DNA from: Phaeosaccion multiseriatum
Taxonomy: Eukaryota; Protista; Ochrophyta, other classes
Assembly: GCA_965112735.1 (NCBI GenBank)
Contig: OZ218965.1
Span: 558,001-622,000 of the forward strand
Length of the DNA stretch: 64,000 nucleotides
Direction: 5' to 3'
How positions within the stretch are numbered: the stretch's first letter is position 1; every line of letters begins with the position of its first letter. The position numbers and the translations under genes were made by a program. Under the pieces are notes generated by a model. That model had not been told where the DNA came from. It saw only the letters and a program-made list of their open reading frames with translations, and made no database searches. Below, in pieces: positions 40,101 to 51,910 of this stretch.

Positions 40101-41047
40101 CTTCCAAAGCAAGTTCCATCACACGAGCGGGTGCAGACTCCTCCACGATCGCAGGAGCCTATACAGCTCGAGTCGCAGCTCCTGTGGAACGGAGGAAATG
40201 GTGCGGGTGGCGGAGAAGCAAGGAGCCAGTCAGTCAGGGCTACGAAATGACAGGAGAGGACGCTGCCTGCATTACACCAGTGTACTCACGTCAAGCAGCC
40301 AGAATCGCAGCCACAAAGCCTGCATGGGGAGACGCAGACACTGCGGGCCGCGGAGCACGTGCTTTCGCAACCCTCTGCGATGAAGTCCAAACCATCGCAC
40401 CCTGTGGGAACAGCAAGAGCGAGCAAGAGAAGAGAAGAGTTGTGAGAAGGCGAGAAAGAGAAAGGGCGAACGCTGGAAGACGTGTTGATGCGTTTACAGC
40501 TGCCTCCCTACTTACCAAAGTTGCATGCGTCCAGTGCGGTGCTGCAGACCGAATTGCAAGCACCAGAAGCAAGCCTGCAACTCTCGTCGACCTTCCCTCA
40601 CCATAGCTTTGTTCTTCGTCGCAAGTCCATGCTGTATTCTACAGAACAACAAGGCAAGCAAGGCCGGAAAGAATAAGGGAGGCAAGTGAGCGCGAAAGGG
40701 GGGGTTCGGGATCAGCCGCCCCCCTCCGACGCACGAATACAGGCCAGAGCATCAACCATTCGGCTGCTGTACCACCAAGTGATCCTCCTGCTTGCGCCAG
40801 GCACCAGGCACCGCGTGTGATCACCATCCAGCAGACTTGCTCCACTCACTTGTCGTACGCAGGGTAGTCGCCCGTCTCGAGCTCCGCCTTGAGCCTCTGG
40901 AGAATGTCCTCGATCATCTTGGCATTTTCCTCGAGCTTGTCCTCGGCGGAAAATGTCCACTCGTCCACGGGATTGCGCAACGGGCACTTGGGCTGCCTGG
41001 CGTGGCGGGGCTTGTCGTCGCTGAAGCTGCCCACACTGCTGTACAGG

Positions 41048-41095
<48 letters not shown>

Positions 41096-43403
41096 CGGGA
41101 AGGGGGGGGGAGAAGCGTAGACAGAAGAAGGAACAGTCGGTGTTGTGTGAGAGAGGTGTAGCTAGTGACAAAACAACACCTGCGCTGACGAACTAACTCA
41201 ACTTCTCTCCATAACTACGTCCCTCGTCCCTCCTATGACTGCTTGCTTCACAAAGGAGAGTTTTCGTGCATGTCCCGTCGTGCCCAGCCCTGCCAGCAGC
41301 GTACCTCTGATGCTCGCTGTTGTCTCTGACTGTGTCTGCAGCAGCCGAGCAGGCACTGATGAAGGAGGAGTCGGTGCGCATAGCGGAGACGAGGGCCTTG
41401 ATCTCCATGTTCATGTCTTCCCCGTCCAAATCAAAGGGATCGCCCTTGGTCGTCATGTCCAGCGCGACGTCAAGCTTGGCCTCCATCTCGTCGATCATTG
41501 TAAGGTACGCGTTGTGCAGGGCGAGGATGCTGGCGTCTTCGCACGACGGTCCGAAACGGTGGGGCACGTCGTTCACGACCCACATGGGGAGCATCCTCCT
41601 CCAGCCGATGCCATCTAGGCTAGCTTCGACCTGTTCAGGAAGAAGGAAAGGAGGGGAGGCGGGAGGGGGAAGAGGACATTGCTTAGAGGCAATACGGCGA
41701 ACAGTTCCCAAGTGGTGTGGTGTGGTATTCCTCCCTGGCTGAGAAGACTCACCTTGGCGACGGTCTCTGCAACGACGGAGAAGGCAGGGCTCATGACGGC
41801 ATCGTCATCCTCATCCTCGTCCTGTCCAGCGGCGCCCGCTCCGCGAAGGGCTCCTCGCAGCAGATCGCTGTAGAGCAGCCCGTCGCGGATGAGGCCAATG
41901 GTAAGGTGGGTGGAGGACGGCAGCCCCTGCACGGTGGTGGCCGAGTGGATGACTCCCTTGGGGAGGTACAGCGTGTCCCCGGGAGATAGAGTGGTGTTGT
42001 GGCAGCTCAGGCTGGATCGCAGGTCGTGTGTCGTGCAGCCCTCAACGCTGTCCAGGATGGACTCGTACATCTCGCATGTCTCGGAATCGGAAAAGGTGTA
42101 GTCGGGGTACAAGGCGCGCTCCTGAAAGATGGAGGGAGGAGAGGGGAGGGAGAGACGGGAAAGAGAGGGGGGGGGCGAGCGAGTAAGGAAAGAGGCGGGG
42201 AGACATACCCAACCATGGCTGACGGCAGCATTGCAGCTTCATTGCCCTGGAGGGGGAGGCGACCAGGCCGCTCACCTGCTCGGTCTGGTGAAGGGGAGAG
42301 CAGAGCTCCCACTCCTTCTGACCATCCACCTGAAGCACCAGCACATCGTAACGATCCGTGTGGGGCTTGAGGGCGACGGCGTCAGGGCCAGAGTGGTAGA
42401 CATTGAAACTGCACGAAACAGACGACGGTGGTGTGGGCGACGGGGCGAACAAGAGGTCAGCGAGTCGGCGGATAGAGAAGAGGGGCGAAAGAGCCCACAG
42501 TCAGGCAGGGACCAGCAAAGCGGGTTGGCAAAGGGGGGAGCAGCCAGCCCTGGAGCCAAAAGGAAAATTACTACTGGCCTGATAGATACTAGACAGGGAG
42601 GTGAGAAGATTGACTTCCCCTCGACCTCTTGTAAGTATGGCAAGGAGGCAAATAAATAAGCATCACCCGCGTCTCTCGTACCTGAGTGGCACTTCGAGCT
42701 CCATTTCCAAGTCTTGATGGAAGGTCTTGGCCGTGGAGGGGAGCGTGTCTCCAGTCAAGCGGAAGACCGCCGAGCCGCCTTCGCTCACGTACTGGTCCAA
42801 GTCCTGCGCTGTGGCAGAGGCGGGGAGGGCTTCGCTACTGCCCCACTTGCGTAGAGAGATGACGTCTGTAACACCCCTCTCCTTTGCAAACTGGAACAGA
42901 CTTGGGCCGTAGAGCTCCTCCTGCATGGTCTGGAGACCGGAGCCGTGCGTGTCGCTGGAGGGGAATCGGTGGGAGCTCGACCCGAAGTGCTCGGTGAAGA
43001 AGGCTTGTGTATCTCCGACCAGCATGTGGAGGGCACCACTGTCCTTGGTGGACGAGGAAGAAACCTGTTGGCCCGGGAAGCGGCCACTTCCTTGCTCAAT
43101 CTGTGAAGTAGCAGCAAGCAAGCAAGAGCGAGGCGGAGAAAAATGGAGAGGAGCAAGTCCAAAGTAAGCAAGCGGCCGGCGCTGGTTCTCGTTGCGGAAT
43201 GTTGACTTTAACACAAAGCAAGAAGGCAGCAAGTCAAGGCGTTGGATCCCTCGCTGCACCTCGCTCACCACAGCTTTCGTCAGGTCGAAGGACAAGGGGT
43301 GGTGCAAGCCACCACCGTCACCGCCAGCACCAGCAGCTGCTGAAGCTCCGGGCAGCGCAGTCGCTCCAACAGCGGCAAGCACCGTGACGATGATGCCCGC
43401 CAT
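34131..43403 (-). CDS. Secreted JmjC/cupin-4 (NO66/RIOX-like) 2OG-Fe(II) oxygenase fused to a long Cys-rich region (xCD repeats, furin-like CxxC repeats, 3x 'GCEGLGC..CRYCGF' modules); ~20 exons; in-frame TGA at 40600-40598
   Basis: Signal peptide 'MAGIIVTVLAAVGATALPGASA'. JmjC motifs 'NVYHS..LKPHTDRYDVLVLQVDGQKEW' and 'LSPGDTLYLPKGVIHSA..STHLTIG'. Downstream exons join with matching intron phases to the stop at 34131 (checked by eye from ~41.3 kb downward). Confidence 0.7.
41049..41094. repeat. (GT)n intronic microsatellite
   Basis: Visible run next to a minus-strand acceptor. Confidence 0.9.
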
Positions 43404-44724
43404 GGCGCCTGGCTGTAGCTACTAGTACTACTGGACTTGCAAGCTGCAGCGGCATTCAGAGAAACCAACAAACAGACCAGAAGGGGTGTGTGAGTTCTTG
43501 CTTGAAGAAGACATTTGAAATACCTGCTGAGTGAACAAGACCCTCCCTCAGTCAGCTAGCCAGTCCAGTCAGCAGGGCCGGGCGGAGAGAACACAGAGAG
43601 TGAGTGAAGCCAGGGCAGGGCTGCTCCAGGAAGAAAGCAGGCTTGGAAGGAGCGAAGCAGCCAAGTGTCACCCCTCCTCCCGTGCATTCATTCCGTAGAT
43701 AGCTACTACGGCCATTCCGGAAGGAAAAGAAATCCAGTCTTCTTGACCCGGCTGCTTGATCGGACTCGGGCCGGCTGGGGACGCCAGCCACGCCCTCCTT
43801 AGTAAACGTACCTGTTGCCTGCTGCTCTCTTGTGTTGTATGCGTGTGTTGTGGCATGGTTGGACGGGAGGGGAGGAAGGAAAAGACGCGAAAAGCCCCGG
43901 GTGCCGGGGTTCTCAAATATTTGAGCACCCCCGGGGCTGCCCTGGAGCCAGGGCGCGGTATGACCCCCCCCCCCGCCTTTTTCTCTGCCAATAATGCTTG
44001 GAATGCAGCGAAAAGGGCTGAAACTTTTAGCATCCCTTTTTTGTACGCGAAAAATAGAATTGCCTGTGTCCAGGCAAACATCCTTTTAGAATCCCTTTTT
44101 TGTACGTACTGATGCAACAGAATTGCCTGTGTCCAGGGAAGGGAAAGGGATATCACTACTGCTCCAGGGGGGGGGGGGGGGATTACGTAGTACTAAGTAC
44201 TATATAAAAGAAGAGGGGATCATGAGGGGGAGAATGAGGTACGGGGCAGCTGGCTGCTGTGGCTAGAGCCTGAAACGTAGTGGCTGTCCACCTGTTGTAG
44301 TGATGAACAGAGAGAGAGAGATCGCGCCACCAGCAATCGATGCATGTCCGAGAAGAGACGATAGACGGGAAGAAAGACTCGATGGAAAGAAGAGTAAATT
44401 GTTAAGAGGGCTGAGATCGATGCTGACGTTGAGTTCTTGTGGCAAAAAAGGGATATACTTTAAGTGGGTGACTAACCGACTAATGTTCAAGTCAAGATAC
44501 TCGTCCCATAACATAAGATCCTTGACATGTATGAAACTGTAGGATGAGCACCCTCCTTTGCGATGAAGACTGCAGACTTCAGTCGCACATAAACGAGTGA
44601 TAGAGAGAGAAAATAACTATTTTTGGCGCAGCCCCCCCGGCCTAGCTAGGCCTATCGACCCTGGACAAGATTACGGTGCTGCGCCGGCCGTAATCAGTAC
44701 TCAGATAATCTTGTCCAGGGTCGA

Positions 44725-47333
44725 CTCCCTCCCTCCCCCTCCCTCCCTCCCTCCCTCCCTCCCTCCCTCCCTCCCTCCCTCCCTCCCTCCCTCCCTCCCT
44801 CCCTCCCTCCCTCCCTCCCTCCCTCCCTCCCTCCCTCCCTCCCTCCCTCCCTCCCTCCCTCCCTCCCTCCCTCCCTCCCTCCCTCCCTCCCTCCCTCCCT
44901 CCCTCCCTCCCTCCCTCCCTCCCTCCCTCCCTCCCTCCCTCCCTCCCTCCCTCCCTCCCTCCCTCCCTCCCTCCCTCCCTCCCTCCCTCCCTCCCTCCCT
45001 CCCTCCCTCCCTCCCTCCCTCCCTCCCTCCCTCCCTCCCTCCCTCCCTCCCTCCCTCCCTCCCTCCCTCCCTCCCTCCCTCCCTCCCTCCCTCCCTCCCT
45101 CCCTCCCTCCCTCCCTCCCTCCCTCCCTCCCTCCCTCCCTCCCTCCCTCCCTCCCTCCCTCCCTCCCTCCCTCCCTCCCTCCCTCCCTCCCTCCCTCCCT
45201 CCCTCCCTCCCTCCCTCCCTCCCTCCCTCCCTCCCTCCCTCCCTCCCTCCCTCCCTCCCTCCCTCCCTCCCTCCCTCCCTCCCTCCCTCCCTCCCTCCCT
45301 CCCTCCCTCCCTCCCTCCCTCCCTCCCTCCCTCCCTCCCTCCCTCCCTCCCTCCCTCCCTCCCTCCCTCCCTCCCTCCCTCCCTCCCTCCCTCCCTCCCT
45401 CCCTCCCTCCCTCCCTCCCTCCCTCCCTCCCTCCCTCCCTCCCTCCCTCCCTCCCTCCCTCCCTCCCTCCCTCCCTCCCTCCCTCCCTCCCTCCCTCCCT
45501 CCCTCCCTCCCTCCCTCCCTCCCTCCCTCCCTCCCTCCCTCCCTCCCTCCCTCCCTCCCTCCCTCCCTCCCTCCCTCCCTCCCTCCCTCCCTCCCTCCCT
45601 CCCTCCCTCCCTCCCTCCCTCCCTCCCTCCCTCCCTCCCTCCCTCCCTCCCTCCCTCCCTCCCTCCCTCCCTCCCTCCCTCCCTCCCTCCCTCCCTCCCT
45701 CCCTCCCTCCCTCCCTCCCTCCCTCCCTCCCTCCCTCCCTCCCTCCCTCCCTCCCTCCCTCCCTCCCTCCCTCCCTCCCTCCCTCCCTCCCTCCCTCCCT
45801 CCCTCCCTCCCTCCCTCCCTCCCTCCCTCCCTCCCTCCCTCCCTCCCTCCCTCCCTCCCTCCCTCCCTCCCTCCCTCCCTCCCTCCCTCCCTCCCTCCCT
45901 CCCTCCCTCCCTCCCTCCCTCCCTCCCTCCCTCCCTCCCTCCCTCCCTCCCTCCCTCCCTCCCTCCCTCCCTCCCTCCCTCCCTCCCTCCCTCCCTCCCT
46001 CCCTCCCTCCCTCCCTCCCTCCCTCCCTCCCTCCCTCCCTCCCTCCCTCCCTCCCTCCCTCCCTCCCTCCCTCCCTCCCTCCCTCCCTCCCTCCCTCCCT
46101 CCCTCCCTCCCTCCCTCCCTCCCTCCCTCCCTCCCTCCCTCCCTCCCTCCCTCCCTCCCTCCCTCCCTCCCTCCCTCCCTCCCTCCCTCCCTCCCTCCCT
46201 CCCTCCCTCCCTCCCTCCCTCCCTCCCTCCCTCCCTCCCTCCCTCCCTCCCTCCCTCCCTCCCTCCCTCCCTCCCTCCCTCCCTCCCTCCCTCCCTCCCT
46301 CCCTCCCTCCCTCCCTCCCTCCCTCCCTCCCTCCCTCCCTCCCTCCCTCCCTCCCTCCCTCCCTCCCTCCCTCCCTCCCTCCCTCCCTCCCTCCCTCCCT
46401 CCCTCCCTCCCTCCCTCCCTCCCTCCCTCCCTCCCTCCCTCCCTCCCTCCCTCCCTCCCTCCCTCCCTCCCTCCCTCCCTCCCTCCCTCCCTCCCTCCCT
46501 CCCTCCCTCCCTCCCTCCCTCCCTCCCTCCCTCCCTCCCTCCCTCCCTCCCTCCCTCCCTCCCTCCCTCCCTCCCTCCCTCCCTCCCTCCCTCCCTCCCT
46601 CCCTCCCTCCCTCCCTCCCTCCCTCCCTCCCTCCCTCCCTCCCTCCCTCCCTCCCTCCCTCCCTCCCTCCCTCCCTCCCTCCCTCCCTCCCTCCCTCCCT
46701 CCCTCCCTCCCTCCCTCCCTCCCTCCCTCCCTCCCTCCCTCCCTCCCTCCCTCCCTCCCTCCCTCCCTCCCTCCCTCCCTCCCTCCCTCCCTCCCTCCCT
46801 CCCTCCCTCCCTCCCTCCCTCCCTCCCTCCCTCCCTCCCTCCCTCCCTCCCTCCCTCCCTCCCTCCCTCCCTCCCTCCCTCCCTCCCTCCCTCCCTCCCT
46901 CCCTCCCTCCCTCCCTCCCTCCCTCCCTCCCTCCCTCCCTCCCTCCCTCCCTCCCTCCCTCCCTCCCTCCCTCCCTCCCTCCCTCCCTCCCTCCCTCCCT
47001 CCCTCCCTCCCTCCCTCCCTCCCTCCCTCCCTCCCTCCCTCCCTCCCTCCCTCCCTCCCTCCCTCCCTCCCTCCCTCCCTCCCTCCCTCCCTCCCTCCCT
47101 CCCTCCCTCCCTCCCTCCCTCCCTCCCTCCCTCCCTCCCTCCCTCCCTCCCTTCCCTCCCTCCCTCCCTCCCTCCCTCCCTCCCTCCCTCCCTCCCTCCC
47201 TCCCTCCCTCCCTCCCTCCCTCCCTCCCTCCCTCCCTCCCTCCCTCCCTCCCGCCCTCCCTCCCTCCCTCCCTCCCTCCCTCCCTCCCTCCCTCCCTCCC
47301 TCCCTCCCTCCCTCCCTCCCTCCCTCCCTCCCT
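44725..47333. repeat. ~2.6-kb near-perfect (CCCT)n/(AGGG)n array
   Basis: Visible directly, with only a few interruptions (e.g. ~44737, ~47152, ~47253). Confidence 0.98.
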
Positions 47334-47642
47334 TCGACCCTGGACAACAAGATCACGGTGTGCGCCGGCCGTAATCAGTAATCAGCCCCCGGCTGGCGCA
47401 TAATCAGTAATCAGGCCGGTTGGTCACCGGCTGTATAATCAGCAACCAGGCCGGCTGGCGCCGGCCATTTCCTCGGGCTGGCGCCATAATCAGTAATCAG
47501 GTCGGCTGCCGGCTGCGCCGGCCGTAATCAGTAACAATCAGATAGGTCGAGGCCTAGGCCTAGAACCGCCGGCCTAGGGAGAATAAATGGCCGGCCTAGA
47601 GCGGCCAACAGCCCCCGGCCTGGAGCATAGGCTTCTAGGCCA
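47334..47642. repeat. Degenerate GC-rich repeats (taatcagtaatcag / gccggc / ggcctag) related to the left flank 44627-44724
   Basis: 'tcgaccctggacaa..gcgccggccgtaatcagta' occurs on both sides of the array, and taatcag recurs several times. Confidence 0.7.
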
Positions 47643-47893
47643 GTCTGGAGCCGACAAGTGTGTGAGAGAGTGCGTGCGTGAATGAGTAAGGGGATGAGTG
47701 GTTGTGTGCGTTGGTTGCGTGGGTGGGTGCAGGATTGGTGGGTGGGTGAGTGCTTGTATGCGCGTGTGCGTCTGAGTGTGGGCTGAGTTATGCCTGCGCT
47801 GGACTGGTAAGGCCCGGCCCTGAAGAATACGAAACTGGAACTCACAGACCTAAAAGTAAAGTGTCACTCGGCCCCACACACCACAAAGAGCCA

Positions 47894-50237
47894 ATGGGAA
47901 GCACAACGCCCACAACGGCATCAGCAGCGAAAGGCTTGGCCTCGGCACTGCTTCCCCTGCTGGTGCTGGTGCTGTCTGGTGTACGCAGCAGCAGCGCCAC
48001 GGGCAGCAGAAGCAGCGCGAGCCCCATGTCTGCCGCTTCCCGTGCTGGTGCTGCGGTGGCTGCTTCCTTGCGGCGGCACGGGTCGCGGGGCTCGCCGTCT
48101 ATGGCCTTTGTTGCTCCCTCAGGCCCGCAGCTACAGGGCAAATGGAGGCACGCATGGTCGGGCAAGGCGGAGAGAAGTAGCAGGAGGAGGAGCTTCAGCT
48201 CATCACACCACCTGCGCAAACGCCGCCAATTAGACGCTGCTAGTTCCGAGGCAGAGGCAGAGATCCCGGCCGTAGAGTCGGGTGAAGCAGCTGTCGTAAC
48301 AGCTGAGCAGGTGAAGTCGCCTTTCCTCAAGACGCTCATCTCCAGAGGCTTCTTTCACCAGTGTACTGACCTGGAGGGGCTGGACGCCAAGCTCATGAAG
48401 GGGGAGCCTGTCAAGGCATACTTGGGATTCGACGCCACCGCAGACAGTCTGCACGTCGGCAGTTTGCTGCAAATCATGATCCTCAGGCATCTACAAAAGA
48501 GCGGGAACAAACCCATCGTGCTGGTCGGAGGGGGCACCACCAAAGTGGGAGACCCGAGCGGCAAGGACGAGTCGAGGCAGATGTTGGATGACGCCGCGAT
48601 TGGCAAGAACATTGAGGGGATTGCCAGCGTATTTACCAAGTTCCTGGATTTCGGCGACGGACCAACCGATGCGCTCCTTGTCGATAACGATGATTGGCTC
48701 TCCGGGTTAGTTTTGGGCGAGTATCTGCCTTTGCTTTGCCCTGCACATGCCCACAATGCTCACTTGGCTATTACTGGGTGCCTCCACCCCCTTTGCTTGC
48801 GCGCAGGTTGGGATACATTGCATTCCTGAGGGACTACGGGCCGCTGTTCACCATCAACCGCATGCTTAGCTTTGAGTCTGTCAAGACGAGGCTGTCGAGG
48901 GAGAACCCCATGACCTTCTTGGAGTTCAACTACATGCTGCTGCAGGTCCGTCTTGCCCCCGTCCCCTGCTTGAGCTACCGCTTCTACTGCTGTTGCTGCC
49001 ACCACTCCTCCTGCTGCTGCCACTGCCAGTGCTGCTGCTTCTATCTCTGACTCTGCAAACCTGCACTGCTCAGGCCTACGACTTTGTGGAGCTGTACCGC
49101 CGGAATGAGGTATGCCTGCAGATGGGCGGGTCGGACCAGTGGGGGAACATGGTCAATGGAGTGGAGCTCGGGAGGCGCGTGGAGGGGGCCAGTCTCTTTG
49201 CGCTCACGGCCCCTCTCATTACCACCAGCGACGGAAAGAAGATGGGCAAGACAGCTGCAGGTACAGTACGCAGGGAGAGAGCACGTGCGCCTCCAGTCGC
49301 CGGGAGGGGAAGCATCCTTTGTTCACCTTCGCCGGAACAAACTCACGTCACTCTGTTTTCCTTGTGTGTACCTGTACGCAGGAGCGGTGTGGCTGAACAA
49401 GGACAAGCTGTCCGAGTACGACTACTGGCAGTTCTGGAGGAATGTGGATGACGCAGGTGGGTGTCAGCCAGCCATACTCTGGGGAGCACTCTGTCATTCT
49501 CCCCCGGCGTGTCATCTCCCCTCTCTCACCTCTCCCAACACCCCTCACCCCCCGGCCCCATAGACGTGGTGCGGTTCCTGAAGCTGTTCACAGAGGTGCC
49601 CATGGACAAGATTGAGGAGATCGCAAAGGCCAAGGGGTCGGCCCTCAACGATGCCAAGGTGCGGGTAGCGAGATCTTGGCTCTTTCTCCTCTGCGGCAGG
49701 AGAGACGCGTACACACCTTCACCCCCTCCCCTCCCTCCTCTGCTTGCAGGTGGTCCTGGCTGACGAGGCCACGCGGCTGCTGCATGGCGAGGCCTGCCTG
49801 AAGAACATTCACGAGACAGTCGCCCAGGTAAGAGGGGGAGGGGGAGGGTGGCCATTCGCACGCTAAAGTAGCGTCGTACACCCAGAAAGGAGCAGCAGAA
49901 AGGGGCAGGTCTCTGAGCAGCGCACCCCTCTCCACGCACGCAGATCTTCTCCGGCAAGGGCGGCGGCTCCTCCGCTGCTCTCCCGCGAATCGTCATCCCC
50001 AGCAGCAGAGTGGAGGGCGAGGGGGCGTCCGTGGTGGACTTTTATGTAGAGCTGGAGCTTGCCACCAGCAAGGGGGAGGTGCGGAGGCTCATCAAGGGAG
50101 GGGGCGCCAAGCTCAACGACGAGAAGATTGTGGACGACAAGGTGGTGCTCACGGAGGGCGACTTTTCGTCCGAAGGGGAGGTGAAGCTTTCTTTCGGCAA
50201 GAAGAAGCACGGCATTGTTCAGCTGCAGCAGGACTGA
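47894..50237 (+). CDS. tyrS: Bacterial-type (organellar) tyrosyl-tRNA synthetase
   Basis: '[15 protein letters not shown]' (HIGH), 'GDPSGK', 'EFNYMLLQ|AYDF', '[10 protein letters not shown]', 'KMGKT' (KMSKS), C-terminal S4-like '[20 protein letters not shown]'. N-terminal hydrophobic + Ser/Arg-rich targeting extension. Confidence 0.96.
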
Positions 50238-50548
50238 TGTGAGCAAGCCAACAACCACACAACACCCCAACTAGATAGAATAGTACACATCTGCAATCTT
50301 AAAATATTTACACGCTTGAGTGTATCCATCTTGTGGCACTAGACCGTCTCGTGCTTGAACCCGAATCCTAGCCTAACCCTTTCCCTAAATCTCTTCTCAC
50401 TTTTGAGCAGCCGGTGTGCGCAGATAGGCAGGAGGCCAACGCCTTTTCAGAGCACAGGTCCGTACCGTACCATACCCTCCGTACCACCCCCTTCAAAAAC
50501 TGCTTACGTAATGCTTTCTCAAAGTAAGGATCATCAGTCCAAGTCTTC

Positions 50549-51910
50549 TCACCGCCCCACGTTTTGGTCTAGAAAGTCGTTGATGCGATCAAAAAAAGTC
50601 CCGTCTTCTCTTAGCAGCGCCTCGATATTGTTGTGCCCTGCGCCATCCACCCAGAAGGGCTTGGCTCTGTGCTTCACCTGTTCCGTTCATACGGGCAAGT
50701 AAGGAGGGGGTGGTCAGCAGCCGAAGAGCGAGACTTTGGCCAGCAAAGCAACCCCCCCACAGCCCCACACATACATTGACGGCCAGAAAGAGCTCCTGTC
50801 CGTGCCAGAAGGGCACCACCTCATCCCGGGTGCCGTGGATGATGAAGACCGGACACGCCACCGTTTGCATCCGATCGATGTTGGCGAACATGTCGCCTGG
50901 CAGGGTAAACCTGCCCGCCCATGCACGGGGGGGGGGGGAGGGTCACATTTCATGGCATGAGGAGAGCAGAGAGTGGTGCGCTTCAGCAGAGGGAGGACGG
51001 AAGGCGAAGGCAAGGTCGGCCCCCACTCTTCTCAGCGAGAGGAGTGCCTCACGGCGCCTCAATAGATGCTTCGAGTACCTAAAGTTGAATGCCACCCGAA
51101 AGGCGGAGCACAACGGACTCTGCAGAATCACGCCCCCCACTGACACGTTGGCCGCAGAGAGCTTCTCTGCCAAATAACACGTAGGCCCACTGCCTAGCGA
51201 CCGCCCATATCTGATTGAAAGTGAGTAGTATAAAGGAGTTGGGAGGAGAAGAGGACGCAGCAGTCAGGACAAGCAGGGAGGCACTCAGTCAGATGAGAAG
51301 AGTTCAGGTCGGCATTCAGACAGGAAGCAAGGCGTCACTTTCTCACTCAGTTAGAGACCCAGAGCTGCTCCACTTACAGGACAATTTGTGATGGTGGCAT
51401 TTGTCTCCGATCTACCAAGTAGCTGTACGCTGCTTCAATGTCCGCGTAGCAGTTCTCCTCCGACACCTCCCCGCTGCTCTTGCCGTACCCCGTATAGTCG
51501 TAAGCCATGACGTTCACATTCAGTTTTCTGGAGAGAGAAGAGGCGTCGTTAGGTTCACAGCCCGGGTGACTTACGGACGATACACTTGATCCCTCCCTCA
51601 CCTACTCAGCTCGCAGAACCAGTCGTAAATCATGCCCAGGTCCTCTGCATTTCCGTGGGAGAAGAGGATAGTCAGCGGACTGCTCCGATCGATGTAGAAC
51701 GCAGGGATGCGATTGTTTGTGCTTGTCTGGGACCACGGACCAAGAAGAGCACAGACCGACACAGCAGACACACAACATTTTAGTGCTCTCTTGCTTTCTC
51801 TCGGGATGAGGAGAGAAGCAGTGGCCAACCTGGAGCCAGAAGTGCTTCTTGGCGTGCATGTAGGTAAGACTAGGAGGCTGGAACACGAGGGTGGTGATCA
51901 TGCCCCCCAT
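50549..51910 (-). CDS. ABHD17: ABHD17-family alpha/beta hydrolase (depalmitoylase-like); 3' end approximate
   Basis: 'MGG..LVFQPP', 'ILFSHGNAEDLG', 'YDYTGYGKSSG..E..YADIEAAY', nucleophile 'YGRSLGSGP', 'IHGTRDEVVP..HG', 'GAGHNNIE'. Confidence 0.93.

Noticed and set aside
44263-44542. Short ORFs in an AT-richer segment, possibly viral or TE-derived
   Set aside because: No recognisable motif in any frame; cannot be supported without a search.
44725-47333. Telomere array
   Set aside because: It is internal, flanked by genes on both sides, and the unit is not a T(n)AGGG-type telomere repeat.
44597-47374. 925-aa (SLPP)n and 904-aa (GGRE)n ORFs
   Set aside because: These are stop-free translations of the (CCCT)n microsatellite, with no coding evidence.
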